Below are positions 30,546 to 39,763 of a stretch of DNA of 59,127 nucleotides, in pieces. A model generated the notes under the pieces. It worked only from the letters and a program-made list of their open reading frames with translations. It was not told the origin of the DNA and searched no databases. Source of the DNA: an uncultured Candidatus Bathyarchaeia archaeon (lineage in GTDB: Archaea > Thermoproteota > CALKCG01 > B24 > JAWCPE01). The translations under genes and the position numbers were made by a program. Where the stretch lies: the NCBI GenBank assembly GCA_964396445.1, contig CAYNFI010000007.1:1-59127 (forward strand), in the 5' to 3' direction. The number at the start of each line of letters is the position of its first letter. Within the stretch, counting starts at the first letter, position 1.

Positions 30546-32192
30546 TCAGAAATCAGGCTTAGGTTTTCCAAGCTTCCTGTCGAGGCAGGCTTTGACGAAG
30601 CCATAGTATGCTGGGTCTGGTTTACCAGGGCGGCTTTTAAACTCAGGGTGGAACTGTGTACCCATATAGAAATAATGGTTTGGCAGCTCGAATACCTCGA
30701 TTCGGCGACTGTCAGGACTTATCCCCGAGAAAATCATTCCATGTTTCTGTAAAGTATCCCAGAAGATGGGGTTTACCTCCCATCTATGTCGGTGACGTTC
30801 GACGATGACGTTTGACTTATAAAGATTATAGGCGATGGTATCAGGCTTGATCATAACCTCGTGAGCCCCCAGCCTCATAGTAGCCCCCTTATACTCTAAA
30901 CCACGCTGCTCAGGCATGAGGTCGAGGATGGGGTTCGGAGTTTCAGGGTCGTTCTCCGTGCTGTTCGCTCTTTGAAGCCCGCAAACATGACGGGCAAAAG
31001 CTACAATAGCCATCTGGAAACCGAAGCATACGCCTAAGAATGGTATATTCTGCTCCCGCGCATAGTTGGTGACTAGGATCTTCCCCTCGGTTCCTCTCAT
31101 GCCGAAACCTGGGGGAACGAGGATGCCGTCGTAGTTCAGTAGCTTATCCAAGGAGGTGCTATCTTTCTCAAAACGCTCTGTTTCAATTAAGTCAATGTCT
31201 ACTCGGGCACCGCAGGCGGCACCCGCGTGACCTATAGCTTCGTTGATGCTGATGTACGAGTCTGCTAGAGTAGTGTATTTTCCACACATAGCTAGCTTTA
31301 ATTCGTTAACTGGTTTGAGGAATGAGGTGATAATGGTTTCCCACCGTGACCAGTTCGGATTATTGGCTTCTAAACCTAGTCTTTTAAGGATGTATTCACC
31401 CATCCCCTGCTTGTCAAGGATGAGAGGGACCTCATAGATGCAGTCGACGTTATAAGAGCAGAAGACAGCGGCTTCAGGGATTGTACCGAAGAGAGCGATC
31501 TTCCCCCGCGTCTCAGGACCTATCATTCTAGGGCATCTGGCAACGATGACATCGGGTTGTATCCCTATACGGCGGAGTTCGTTTACACTATGTTGAAGGG
31601 GTTTAGTCTTCTCCTCCCCTGTCACGTCTAGGACTGGGACTAAGGCTACGTGTATGTAGAGTGTGTTCTCAAAGCCTTTTTCAACCCTGAACTGGCGTAT
31701 GGCTTCAAGGTAAGGTAATCCCTCAATGTCGCCAACGGTTCCACCGACCTCGGTTAGTATAATTTCAACGTGGGAACGGTTTGCCACCGTGGAAATACGC
31801 CTTTTAATTTCATCGGTGATGTGAGGCACGATCTGGACGCACTTACCGAGGTAGTCTCCTCGACGCTCCCCTTCAATAACCGCCCAATAAACTTGCCCAG
31901 TGGTGATGTTCTGATCCTTGGGAAGGTTCATGTCTAAAAATCTCTCGTAATGACCCATGTCTAAGTCGATTTCTCCACCATCTTCCGTAACGAAGACTTC
32001 CCCATGTTGAAAAGGGTTCATTGTACCGCAATCCACGTTCAAGTAGGGGTCGATCTTTATTGTGGTAACCCTGAACCCCCTAACTTGAAGCATCTTCCCA
32101 GTGGAAGCCATGACGATACCCTTTCCAACGCTAGAAAGGACGCCGCCTGTGATGAAGATATACCGAGCCACGGAGACCACCTCATCCAGCAA
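30546..32192 (-). CDS. pyrG: CTP synthase
   Basis: TGGVLSSVGKG, KIDPYLNVD, GVCFG (catalytic Cys), QFHPEF; start may be GTG at 32171. Confidence 0.96.
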   Translation of the reverse strand: MLDEVVSVARYIFITGGVLSSVGKGIVMASTGKMLQVRGFRVTTIKIDPYLNVDCGTMNPFQHGEVFVTEDGGEIDLDMGHYERFLDMNLPKDQNITTGQVYWAVIEGERRGDYLGKCVQIVPHITDEIKRRISTVANRSHVEIILTEVGGTVGDIEGLPYLEAIRQFRVEKGFENTLYIHVALVPVLDVTGEEKTKPLQHSVNELRRIGIQPDVIVARCPRMIGPETRGKIALFGTIPEAAVFCSYNVDCIYEVPLILDKQGMGEYILKRLGLEANNPNWSRWETIITSFLKPVNELKLAMCGKYTTLADSYISINEAIGHAGAACGARVDIDLIETERFEKDSTSLDKLLNYDGILVPPGFGMRGTEGKILVTNYAREQNIPFLGVCFGFQMAIVAFARHVCGLQRANSTENDPETPNPILDLMPEQRGLEYKGATMRLGAHEVMIKPDTIAYNLYKSNVIVERHRHRWEVNPIFWDTLQKHGMIFSGISPDSRRIEVFELPNHYFYMGTQFHPEFKSRPGKPDPAYYGFVKACLDRKLGKPKPDF

Positions 32193-32649
32193 CAGTTATG
32201 ATAATCATAAACACGTTGGGCAAGCATAAAAAATCTTTCACCCACGATGAAAACGGGTGGTAGTAGTCAAACTTGGAATTCTCTCTTGGATAGCGTGGTC
32301 CCTTCTAATTACCGTACGCAATGCAGGAACCCTATTCCTTATAGCCTTAGGGATGATGATAATCCTGTTAGGGTCGTCGAAAACCTGTTTGCCGAAAAAC
32401 CTAAAACTACACAATGTCTTAAATGCGATTATGACTGGTACAGAGGAAACCTAGGTTTTATATCCAACAATTTCCCTGAAGATTTTTCACTGGATCTACC
32501 TGGTGGATAACATGATGTGGCATGTCAAACTTTTAATAGTGGAGGCGCTGAATGATGAATAGTAACATTAAAATACGACCCTTAGGGAGTTTAACAGGAC
32601 AATTTCTTGGAGCGGTTGGTGAAGTACTGTTTCGTTTCTGGGGGAAACG

Positions 32650-33294
32650 TTGATGCACTCTTTGGGTAGACATGAGCTGATGCATACTGGGACGACCACT
32701 GTAGGACTCGTCTGTAAAGACGGTGTTATCCTTTCCTCAGATACCCGTGTAACGATGGGTTTCTATGTTGCGCATAAACATGGTAAGAAGGTGTTTAAAG
32801 TCGCAGACCACATGGCTATGACCATAGCTGGCACAGCTGCTCATGGACAGAACGTGGTTGAACTCTTAAAAGCTAACGCCAGCCTCTATAAACTCCACAA
32901 TGGTAGACCTATGCCTATTAATACTGCGGCTAGGTTAGCCGCCAACATTCTCTTCGGTCAGAGGTATGCCCCCCTCTCTTTACAAGCGATAATAGGTGGA
33001 GTCGACGACTCTGGTCCACGTCTGTATGCACTTGACCCCTTCGGAAGTGTCACAGAGGAGAAGTGTTTCTCAACTGGATCTGGTTCCCCTATAGCTTATG
33101 GGTTACTGGAGGATGAGTATAAAGACCAATTAAGTGTTGATGAAGTTTTACCTCTAGCCGTGAAGGCTGTGAACTCGGCGATGAAAAGAGACATCGCAAG
33201 CGGAGACAGCTTTGATGTAGCCGTGATCTCTAAGAGTGGTTACAGAGAGCTCTCAGAGGAGGAAAAGAAGGCGCTTCTCGTTAAGGTTTCATAG
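32650..33294 (+). CDS. psmB: Proteasome beta subunit
   Basis: Short propeptide ending TG/TTTVG, GSGSP, RDIASG. Confidence 0.95.
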   Translation: MMHSLGRHELMHTGTTTVGLVCKDGVILSSDTRVTMGFYVAHKHGKKVFKVADHMAMTIAGTAAHGQNVVELLKANASLYKLHNGRPMPINTAARLAANILFGQRYAPLSLQAIIGGVDDSGPRLYALDPFGSVTEEKCFSTGSGSPIAYGLLEDEYKDQLSVDEVLPLAVKAVNSAMKRDIASGDSFDVAVISKSGYRELSEEEKKALLVKVS

Positions 33295-33306
33295 AACGGT
33301 GGTTGG

Positions 33307-35229
33307 TTGAAGAGCCAGTTCAACGACATGTCTGTAAAGATACGGGAGATTATACTGGAGCGTGTACCTAGAGATGCTGAGATTACGAGGATTAACTTCG
33401 AAGGAGCGAAGCTGGCTCTATACGCTAAGAAGCCTGAGGTGCTTCTATCGGAGAAAAGCTACGTCATACCGAGCATCGTCAGCCTCATAAGGAAGAGAAT
33501 CGTCGTCCGCAGCGACCCTTCAATAAGAGGGTCCGAGAAGGAAACTGAGGCTATAATCAGGGAGGTTATTCCCAAGGAAGCCGATGTGACGAACGTCACC
33601 TTCGACCCTACGGTCGGCGAGGTGGTAATAGAGGCTAAGAGGGTTGGTCTTGCCGTAGGAACTAATGGTTCAAACCTGCAGGAGATCATGCGTAGAGCTA
33701 GGTGGAGCCCAAGGGTTCTAAGAACCCCTCCTATACCATCGAAGATCATAGCCAACATCAGACATCTGATGTACACGGAGAGCAAGGAGCGGGAGAGAAT
33801 CCTTATGGGTATAGGAGAGATGGTCTTCAGGCCAACTGTGTTCAAGACGAAGGAAGTCTTACTAACTGGTCTAGGAGGCTTCAGGGAAGTTGGGAGGTCA
33901 TGCATACTTGTTCAGACAAAGGAGAGTAAGGTTCTTCTTGATTGCGGTTTAAACCCGGGTGCACCTGGACCCCCTATGGTCTTCCCATATCTTAACGTTG
34001 ACGGCTTAAACCTCGATTCCTTGGATGCCGTTGTGATCTCCCATAGCCACCTTGACCACTGCGGTGTGTTACCGATCCTTTATAAGTACGGCTACGATGG
34101 ACCAGTTTACTGCTCAGAGCCCACTTTAAGCCTTATGACCCTCGGGCAACTTGACTACCTTGACGTCTTATCGAAGGAGGGTGCGATGGCTCCCTATGAC
34201 CAGAAAGACATACGGGAGATGGTGCTCCATGCCTCCCCTATTCGATACGGCTTCGTCCTCGACATAGCCCCTGACATGAAGCTGCAGCTGTGGAATGCCG
34301 GGCATATACTAGGCTCTTCGATAGTACACCTTCACATAGGTGAAGGATTCCACAACATAGTCTTCACAGGGGACTTCAAGTATGGGAAGACCATGCTCTT
34401 CGACCCCTCAGCCTCAAGCTTTCCAAGAGTTGAAACCCTGATCGTGGAATCAACATACGGGGCTTCGGAGGATGTCATGCCTCTGAGGGAAGAGGTTGAG
34501 GGGAGGTTTGTGAAACTCCTCAACGAAACCCTGGAAAAGAGGGGAAAGGTTCTCATCCCAACCCCCGCTATAGGACGGGCTCAGGAAATCATGATGGTTA
34601 TCGATGAGTATATGCGGCGGAAACAGTTGATAGAGGTCCCAGTCTACGTTGAGGGTATGATCAACGAAGCCACGGCGATCCACACCGCGTATCCTGAGTA
34701 TATGGCTAGGGAGCTTCGGGATAAGATTCTCTACGAAGACGTAAACCCTTTCAAATCAGAGTACTTTACCATCATCAATAATCCGGAGGAGAGACCGCAT
34801 ATCATCGCTGGTGAGCCGTGTATAATTTTAGCCACATCTGGGATGCTTGAAGGAGGACCTGCTGTTGAATACTTCAAGCAACTGGCACCTGAGGCGAATA
34901 ATACCCTGATCTTCGTAAGCTATCAGATCGAGGGAACTCTTGGAAGACGTATAAGGAATGGTTTAAGGGATGTCGCTCTCATAGACAGTGGAGGTAAGAT
35001 GCAGGTTCATAAAGTGAACATGCGGGTAGAAGCCGTTGAAGGTTTCAGCGGGCATTCAGATAGACGCCAGATCCTCGGATACATACGAATGCTTGCTCCG
35101 AGACCTGAGAGGATTGTTGTATGCCACGGTGAAGAGGCGAAGACGCTTAGCGTTGCCAATGCCATACAAAGAATGTATAGATTACCAGCCACAGCACCGG
35201 CAAACCTTGAAACCCTTAGGCTTAAGTGA
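33307..35229 (+). CDS. fttA: aCPSF1/FttA beta-CASP ribonuclease with N-terminal KH domains
   Basis: KH region, GGFREVGRS, SHSHLDHCG, AGHILGS, GFSGHSD; downstream of psmB as is conserved in archaea. Confidence 0.93.
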   Translation: MKSQFNDMSVKIREIILERVPRDAEITRINFEGAKLALYAKKPEVLLSEKSYVIPSIVSLIRKRIVVRSDPSIRGSEKETEAIIREVIPKEADVTNVTFDPTVGEVVIEAKRVGLAVGTNGSNLQEIMRRARWSPRVLRTPPIPSKIIANIRHLMYTESKERERILMGIGEMVFRPTVFKTKEVLLTGLGGFREVGRSCILVQTKESKVLLDCGLNPGAPGPPMVFPYLNVDGLNLDSLDAVVISHSHLDHCGVLPILYKYGYDGPVYCSEPTLSLMTLGQLDYLDVLSKEGAMAPYDQKDIREMVLHASPIRYGFVLDIAPDMKLQLWNAGHILGSSIVHLHIGEGFHNIVFTGDFKYGKTMLFDPSASSFPRVETLIVESTYGASEDVMPLREEVEGRFVKLLNETLEKRGKVLIPTPAIGRAQEIMMVIDEYMRRKQLIEVPVYVEGMINEATAIHTAYPEYMARELRDKILYEDVNPFKSEYFTIINNPEERPHIIAGEPCIILATSGMLEGGPAVEYFKQLAPEANNTLIFVSYQIEGTLGRRIRNGLRDVALIDSGGKMQVHKVNMRVEAVEGFSGHSDRRQILGYIRMLAPRPERIVVCHGEEAKTLSVANAIQRMYRLPATAPANLETLRLK

Positions 35230-35437
35230 GTTGAATGGAAGCTGAGCCACGGTAGCAGATAATGCATCCTAGGTATATTTCGACTAGAGGAAGCAGATTT
35301 ATTTTCCTGTTAAAGGGCTTCGACTATATGTAAAGAATGAAAAACTTTTCGCCTCTAAGAGCTGAAGTTATTTCGGTATAGATGAGGTTTATGACAAGGT
35401 ATAAATACAGTCACGGGATATCTATAAGATTGGAGGT

Positions 35438-35887
35438 ATGTGCATGAGTTTCCTGTTAAGCCAGAAGGATAGACAGAGGATCATCGACGCGTTGAACGCA
35501 GACCTATCCGCGGAGATTGCTGCTATTATACAGTATTCACACCATCACTTTACGGCCGAGGGATTGGAAAGCCCAGCAATCATCGAAATCTTCAGCGCAA
35601 CAGCGAAGGATGAGATGGAGCATATGGAAAAGCTTTCGGAAAGGATTGTCTATTTCGGAGGATTGCCGACGACAAAGCCTGGACCTATGAAAACAGGGGG
35701 AGACCTTAGGAAAATGATACAGGATGACCTCGACGCTGAGAATGGTGCGATTAAACAGTACAAGGAGCATGTTAAACTATGCTCTGAAGTGGGAGACACA
35801 ACCACAAGACTTATGCTTGAGGAGATCCAAAGCGACGAGGAAGGACACGCAGATACCTGGGAAACCATACTTGCAAAGAGAATATAG
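35438..35887 (+). CDS. Ferritin-like / bacterioferritin-like di-iron protein
   Basis: AEIAAIIQY, DEMEH, AENGAIKQY, DEEGH ExxH motifs. Confidence 0.85.
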   Translation: MCMSFLLSQKDRQRIIDALNADLSAEIAAIIQYSHHHFTAEGLESPAIIEIFSATAKDEMEHMEKLSERIVYFGGLPTTKPGPMKTGGDLRKMIQDDLDAENGAIKQYKEHVKLCSEVGDTTTRLMLEEIQSDEEGHADTWETILAKRI

Positions 35888-35960
35888 GTGAATTTCTTCA
35901 GGATTTTCCATTAAGAAATTACCCTATTTTTTCTTCTACTTTCTACTTGGTTACGTGATC

Positions 35961-35988
35961 TGGAAAGCTAGGAAGGGATTTGAACCCT
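35961..35988 (-). repeat. Second, more degenerate copy of the tRNA 3' end (T-arm)
   Basis: AGGGATTTGAACCCT (35974-35988) identical to 39402-39416; preceded by TGGA as in the tRNA CCA end. Confidence 0.5.
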
Positions 35989-36112
35989 TAACTAGGATAT
36001 AAAGAGTTGATATCCATTACATCTAACAGGGGAACATTAGTCCAATAATATCATATATGTGAATGACTTTTCAATATTTTTACCTTGAAGTAAGGTTATA
36101 AAAAAATGCTTA

Positions 36113-36143
36113 TATGGAGCCTCGGGATAGATTCACATCCTCG
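36113..36143 (-). repeat. Degenerate att-like direct repeat of the tRNA-Thr 3' end
   Basis: 25/31 identity to 39388-39418, first 15 bp (TATGGAGCCTCGGGA) identical. Confidence 0.75.
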
Positions 36144-36351
36144 TTTACATCCTCGACTTCGTAGCGGAGAAAGGCAGAGACTCTAGCGATGTTGACTACA
36201 TTGACTAGTGGATTTGGCTAGCTCTTATGTTTCATCGTCCAATAGCTTCCAAAGATCAGTTAGTAAGCTGGCTAGCAACAATATCAGTTTTGGAGCCAGC
36301 TAGACCCTCCAGAACGTAGCAAATGCTAAGAGTCTCCTCCAATCGAGCTAG

Positions 36352-36861
36352 CTACTGGTTCTCAAGTAGCTTCTTCCTCAAGAACTCTCTGCGTTGTCCT
36401 CTATCCATCTTCTCAATTTCAGACTTTAATTTCTCCTCTATAAGCCTCATCTTGCTTCTAGTGTACAACGCATCATATACCACACCAGCCTTTTCTACCG
36501 CCTCATGATCGTCTTTGGCAATGATGGAGATTCCACTCATAACTGCTTCCAGTCCAGTCGCCTCTGGGGCAGCCTCCATTCTACCTGTGTCAGCGGCGCG
36601 AACAATTTTTGCCAATTCCAATACTGCCAGATCCTTTATCTCATATTTTTCAATGATTGCGTCAAAGCTACATTTCTCGCCATGATGGCCCAGTTCAACA
36701 CCTTGGACATCATAAGGAGTGGCGTTCTCCTTCTTGGATGTCTCCAGAACCTCCTCAGTTGACACGAAGATGAACTCTGCTCTAGGGTCAACAAATCTTT
36801 TAATCAGCCATGGACAGGCTGTTCTATCCACGTGAACGTGTTCACGTGTTACCCATTTCAA
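36352..36861 (-). CDS. Chromate resistance protein ChrB-like
   Basis: MKWVTRE.VHVDR.ACPWLIKRFVDP, LGHHGEKCSFDA, IVRAADT. Confidence 0.85.
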   Translation of the reverse strand: MKWVTREHVHVDRTACPWLIKRFVDPRAEFIFVSTEEVLETSKKENATPYDVQGVELGHHGEKCSFDAIIEKYEIKDLAVLELAKIVRAADTGRMEAAPEATGLEAVMSGISIIAKDDHEAVEKAGVVYDALYTRSKMRLIEEKLKSEIEKMDRGQRREFLRKKLLENQ

Positions 36862-37007
36862 CTATTTTCACCATCCTCTACTGATTTCATCTTCACTCTC
36901 GTCTAATAAATATGTACTATTTCCTTTTTCAATTATATGTCGGGAAACCAGTTGTACTCGGATCCGGCTTGTTTTCGCAAAAGAAAAAATTAATTAACTA
37001 CTCCTCC

Positions 37008-37027
37008 CATCCCTATGGAGGGGATAT
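37008..37027 (+). promoter_or_regulatory. Putative CsoR-type operator
   Basis: C-tract/G-tract pseudo-palindrome ATCCC-TATGGAG-GGGAT ~10 bp upstream of the csoR ATG. Confidence 0.5.
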
Positions 37028-37037
37028 TACTGTGAGT

Positions 37038-37298
37038 ATGCATAAGAAAAGCGAAGACATCATAAAACGTCTTGCCAAGGTAGAAGGCCACGTGCGTGGA
37101 ATATCTAAGATGGTTCAAGAGGACAAGGACTGCCCAGCTATACTTCTTCAGATTGCCGCTGTGCAGTCTGCTCTAGGCAAGATAAGTCAGATAATGCTTG
37201 AGGATCATGTTGAGACATGCGTTGCTAAGGCGATTAAAGAGGGACGCGGAGAGGCAGCAATTCAAGAACTCAAAGAAGCAATAGCCCGCCTTATATGA
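37038..37298 (+). CDS. csoR: CsoR/RcnR family metal-sensing repressor
   Basis: RLAKVEGHVRGI, C(PAI)...H(VET)C metal ligands; start placed at ATG 37038. Confidence 0.9.
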   Translation: MHKKSEDIIKRLAKVEGHVRGISKMVQEDKDCPAILLQIAAVQSALGKISQIMLEDHVETCVAKAIKEGRGEAAIQELKEAIARLI

Positions 37299-37325
37299 CT
37301 CAGAATACAAAATGGCGACTAAACT

Positions 37326-39167
37326 ATGAATAGATTAGATGTGGCTCTCTTCGGCTTCTGTCTAACACTAACAGTAGTCAGCGGTCTCCTTCAAATATCA
37401 GGTCTTCAGCTAAAATTTTGGGCTGATATCTTATCTCTAATTGCAGCTCTTGTAGGCGGATCACTAATCATTTTAGAGTCCGTTAGAGCACTTCTTCACA
37501 GAAATTTCGGTATTGACATCTTAGCCAGCTTCGCCATATGGATTTCTGTTCTGGTGGGGGAGTATCTTGCCGCAGCAGTTGTCGTGATAATGCTGAATGG
37601 AGGGGGACTGCTCGAAGAATATGTTGCTGGCAGATCCTCAAGGGCAATAGAGAATCTAATCAAATCAGCGCCTATGACTGCACGCGTCCACAGAGATGGA
37701 AAGGAGATCGAAGTCTCTCTTGACGATGTTAAAGTGGATGAGACAGTTTATGTGAATCCTGGCGAAAGGATTCCCGTCGATGGCATTGTTGTGAAAGGAA
37801 ACGGTTTGGCAAATCAAGCAATAATTACAGGTGAGTCTGTTCCTTCGGAGAAATTCATAGGAACCACCGTCTACGCGAATACAATATTAGAGAATGGAAC
37901 ACTCGATATCCGCGTAGCAAAAAAGTCTAATGATACAGTCTTTGCACATATCATTAGGCAGGTTGAGGAAGCTCAGCTCAGAAAGGCACCTGTGGAGAGG
38001 CTTGCAGACAGGTATGCACGCTGGTTTGCACCAATAATCCTTTCAGTGGCCATCATTACCCAGCTGGTTATTAATAACTTAATATCTACAGCAGCTGTGC
38101 TCGTCATCTCATGTCCCTGAGCGTTAACGCTGGCAACGCCAACGGCGGTAGCAGCAGGGTTGGGGAACTCAACTCGCAACGGTGTACTGATACGGGCAGG
38201 AACATATCTTGAAGAGGTTGGGCGATGCAATGTCGTTATCCTAGATAAAACAGGGACAATCACATTGGGCGAGCCTGAAGTGGCAGATATAAAACCTCTC
38301 GGAGGCAAGACCATCACAGATGTTCTTTCAATCGCTGCTACAGCAGAACAGAGATCTGAACACTCCCTAGCCAAAGCAGTGATTGATAAGGCAAGAGAAC
38401 ATGGAGTAGTCTTTGCTTACCCCGATGAGCTTCAGGTGAAACCTGGTCATGGAATGGTCGCAAAACATTCTGGACACACGATCCTCGTGGGCAACTTGAA
38501 CCTTATGGGCGAGTATGGTGTTGTGTTGAATGATGAGTCTGTTAATTATATGAATGTTGAAGCTGCTTTAGGTCGGACAGTCGTGGTTGTAGCAGAAGAT
38601 ACGAATGTTGTGGGGTTGATAAGTATAGCTGACACTTTAAGGGAGGGGGTCAAAAACGATGTCACAAAGATAAAGCAGGTGGGGGTTGAAAAAGTTGTGA
38701 TGTTGTCAGGAGACACGCTTCCAGTTGCCAGAAAAGCGGCCAGTCAAGTCGGAATAGGTGAGGTGCATGCCAACCTTCTTCCGGAGGACAAGGTGAAGTA
38801 TGTTGAAGAGTATAGAAGAGAGGGAAACCGCGTCATCGTTGTTGGCGATGGCATCAACGACGCCCCAGCCTTAGCTTCTGCAAACGTCGGGATAGCAATG
38901 GGTATTACTGGAACAGATGTGGCGATGGAGACAGCTGGAATTGTTCTAATGACAGATGACTTGAGTAAAGTTGCTAAGACTATGCATTTGAGTAGAAAAG
39001 TGTTATCTATAGTGAAACAGAATGTCATTTTCGCTTTGTGTGTTAATGTAACTGGATTATTCTTATCTACTCAGGGGTTCATAGGTCCTGTGATAGCATC
39101 TGTCATTCATGAGGGCAACGCTCTCATTGTGGCCTTGAATTCGTTAAGGCTGCTTGGCCGAATCTGA
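37326..39167 (+). CDS. Heavy-metal P1B-type ATPase in one frame interrupted by an in-frame TGA at 38118-38120 (CP*)
   Basis: TGES, ISCP*ALTLATP, DKTGT, SEHSLA, GDGIND, HEG; the two ORF-track pieces are in the same frame (39-nt gap without stops). Confidence 0.85.
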
Positions 39168-39389
39168 CCTTAATTCTGTGCACAAGACATTAGTTTCAGC
39201 TAGCTTATTTTAACTGTTGTCAGTGGATTAGCGCATGATGGTCTGAGAGAGCACGCACAGGCGTAGTTCGTCACGACCTCGGCTTTCCGAGGCTTCAAAC
39301 ACCACACTTACGTGGGTAAGAAATCTCGAATTTGACGTTGAATCATGGCTATTTCGCCAAAATATAGATAGATTATTTTTCTTCTTTTA

Positions 39390-39465
39390 TGGAGCCTCGG
39401 GAGGGATTTGAACCCTCGACCTACAGCTTACGAGACTGTTGCTCTGCCAGCTGAGCTACCGAGGC
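39390..39465 (-). tRNA. tRNA-Thr(CGT), intronless, CCA encoded
   Basis: GCCTCGG/CCGAGGC acceptor, anticodon loop CT-CGT-AA, GGTTCAAATCC T-arm, 76 nt. Confidence 0.95.
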
Positions 39466-39548
39466 GCTTACAGGGTCTCATTGATTCATGTATGATAAAA
39501 AGATTGCTTGGGAAATGTTTAAAGGAGGCTTTTAAAATTTAGGTTTTT

Positions 39549-39671
39549 GGGTCGCTGACCATAGGGTGTGGGTCCTACCCGCTCTCGTTCCGAACGCGGA
39601 AGTCAAACCATACCACGTTTCCTGCCTCTGTAGTGCGGAAGCCTACGTGAGGTGGGAAATGTTAGCGACCC
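39549..39671 (+). rRNA. rrf: 5S rRNA (stand-alone, divergent from tRNA-Thr)
   Basis: Helix I GGGTCGCTGAC/GTTAGCGACCC, CCATAG, TCCGAAC..GGAAGTCAA signatures; 123 nt; TATA-like TTTAAA upstream. Confidence 0.92.
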
Positions 39672-39763
39672 ACTACTTTCAGCAACCTTCAGATGTCCGT
39701 GAACGGAAATACTAATCACTTAAATATAAGAGCATTTTTATGTAGTGGGAGAACGGAACACAC

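Larger units (their letters stand above)
36128..39387. mobile_element. ~3.3-kb metal-resistance islet integrated at tRNA-Thr(CGT)
   Basis: Bounded by the tRNA and a decayed duplicate of its 3' end; cargo chrB-like, csoR, P1B-ATPase; no integrase inside. Confidence 0.6.

Noticed and set aside
36912-37037. N-terminal extension of CsoR in the ORF track
   Set aside because: Runs through the AT-rich promoter/operator; the family domain starts at ATG 37038.
38121-38155. Bacterial-type SECIS directly after the UGA
   Set aside because: Only a 4-bp CGCC-AAC-GGCG hairpin without a loop G; within normal coding-sequence noise.
39230-39300. Eukaryote/Asgard-type SECIS (AUGA at 39235-39238) for the ATPase UGA
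   Set aside because: GGUC can pair with GACC (39275-39278), but no GA quartet follows and there is no unpaired AA loop; no methanogen-type GAA/A bulge seen.
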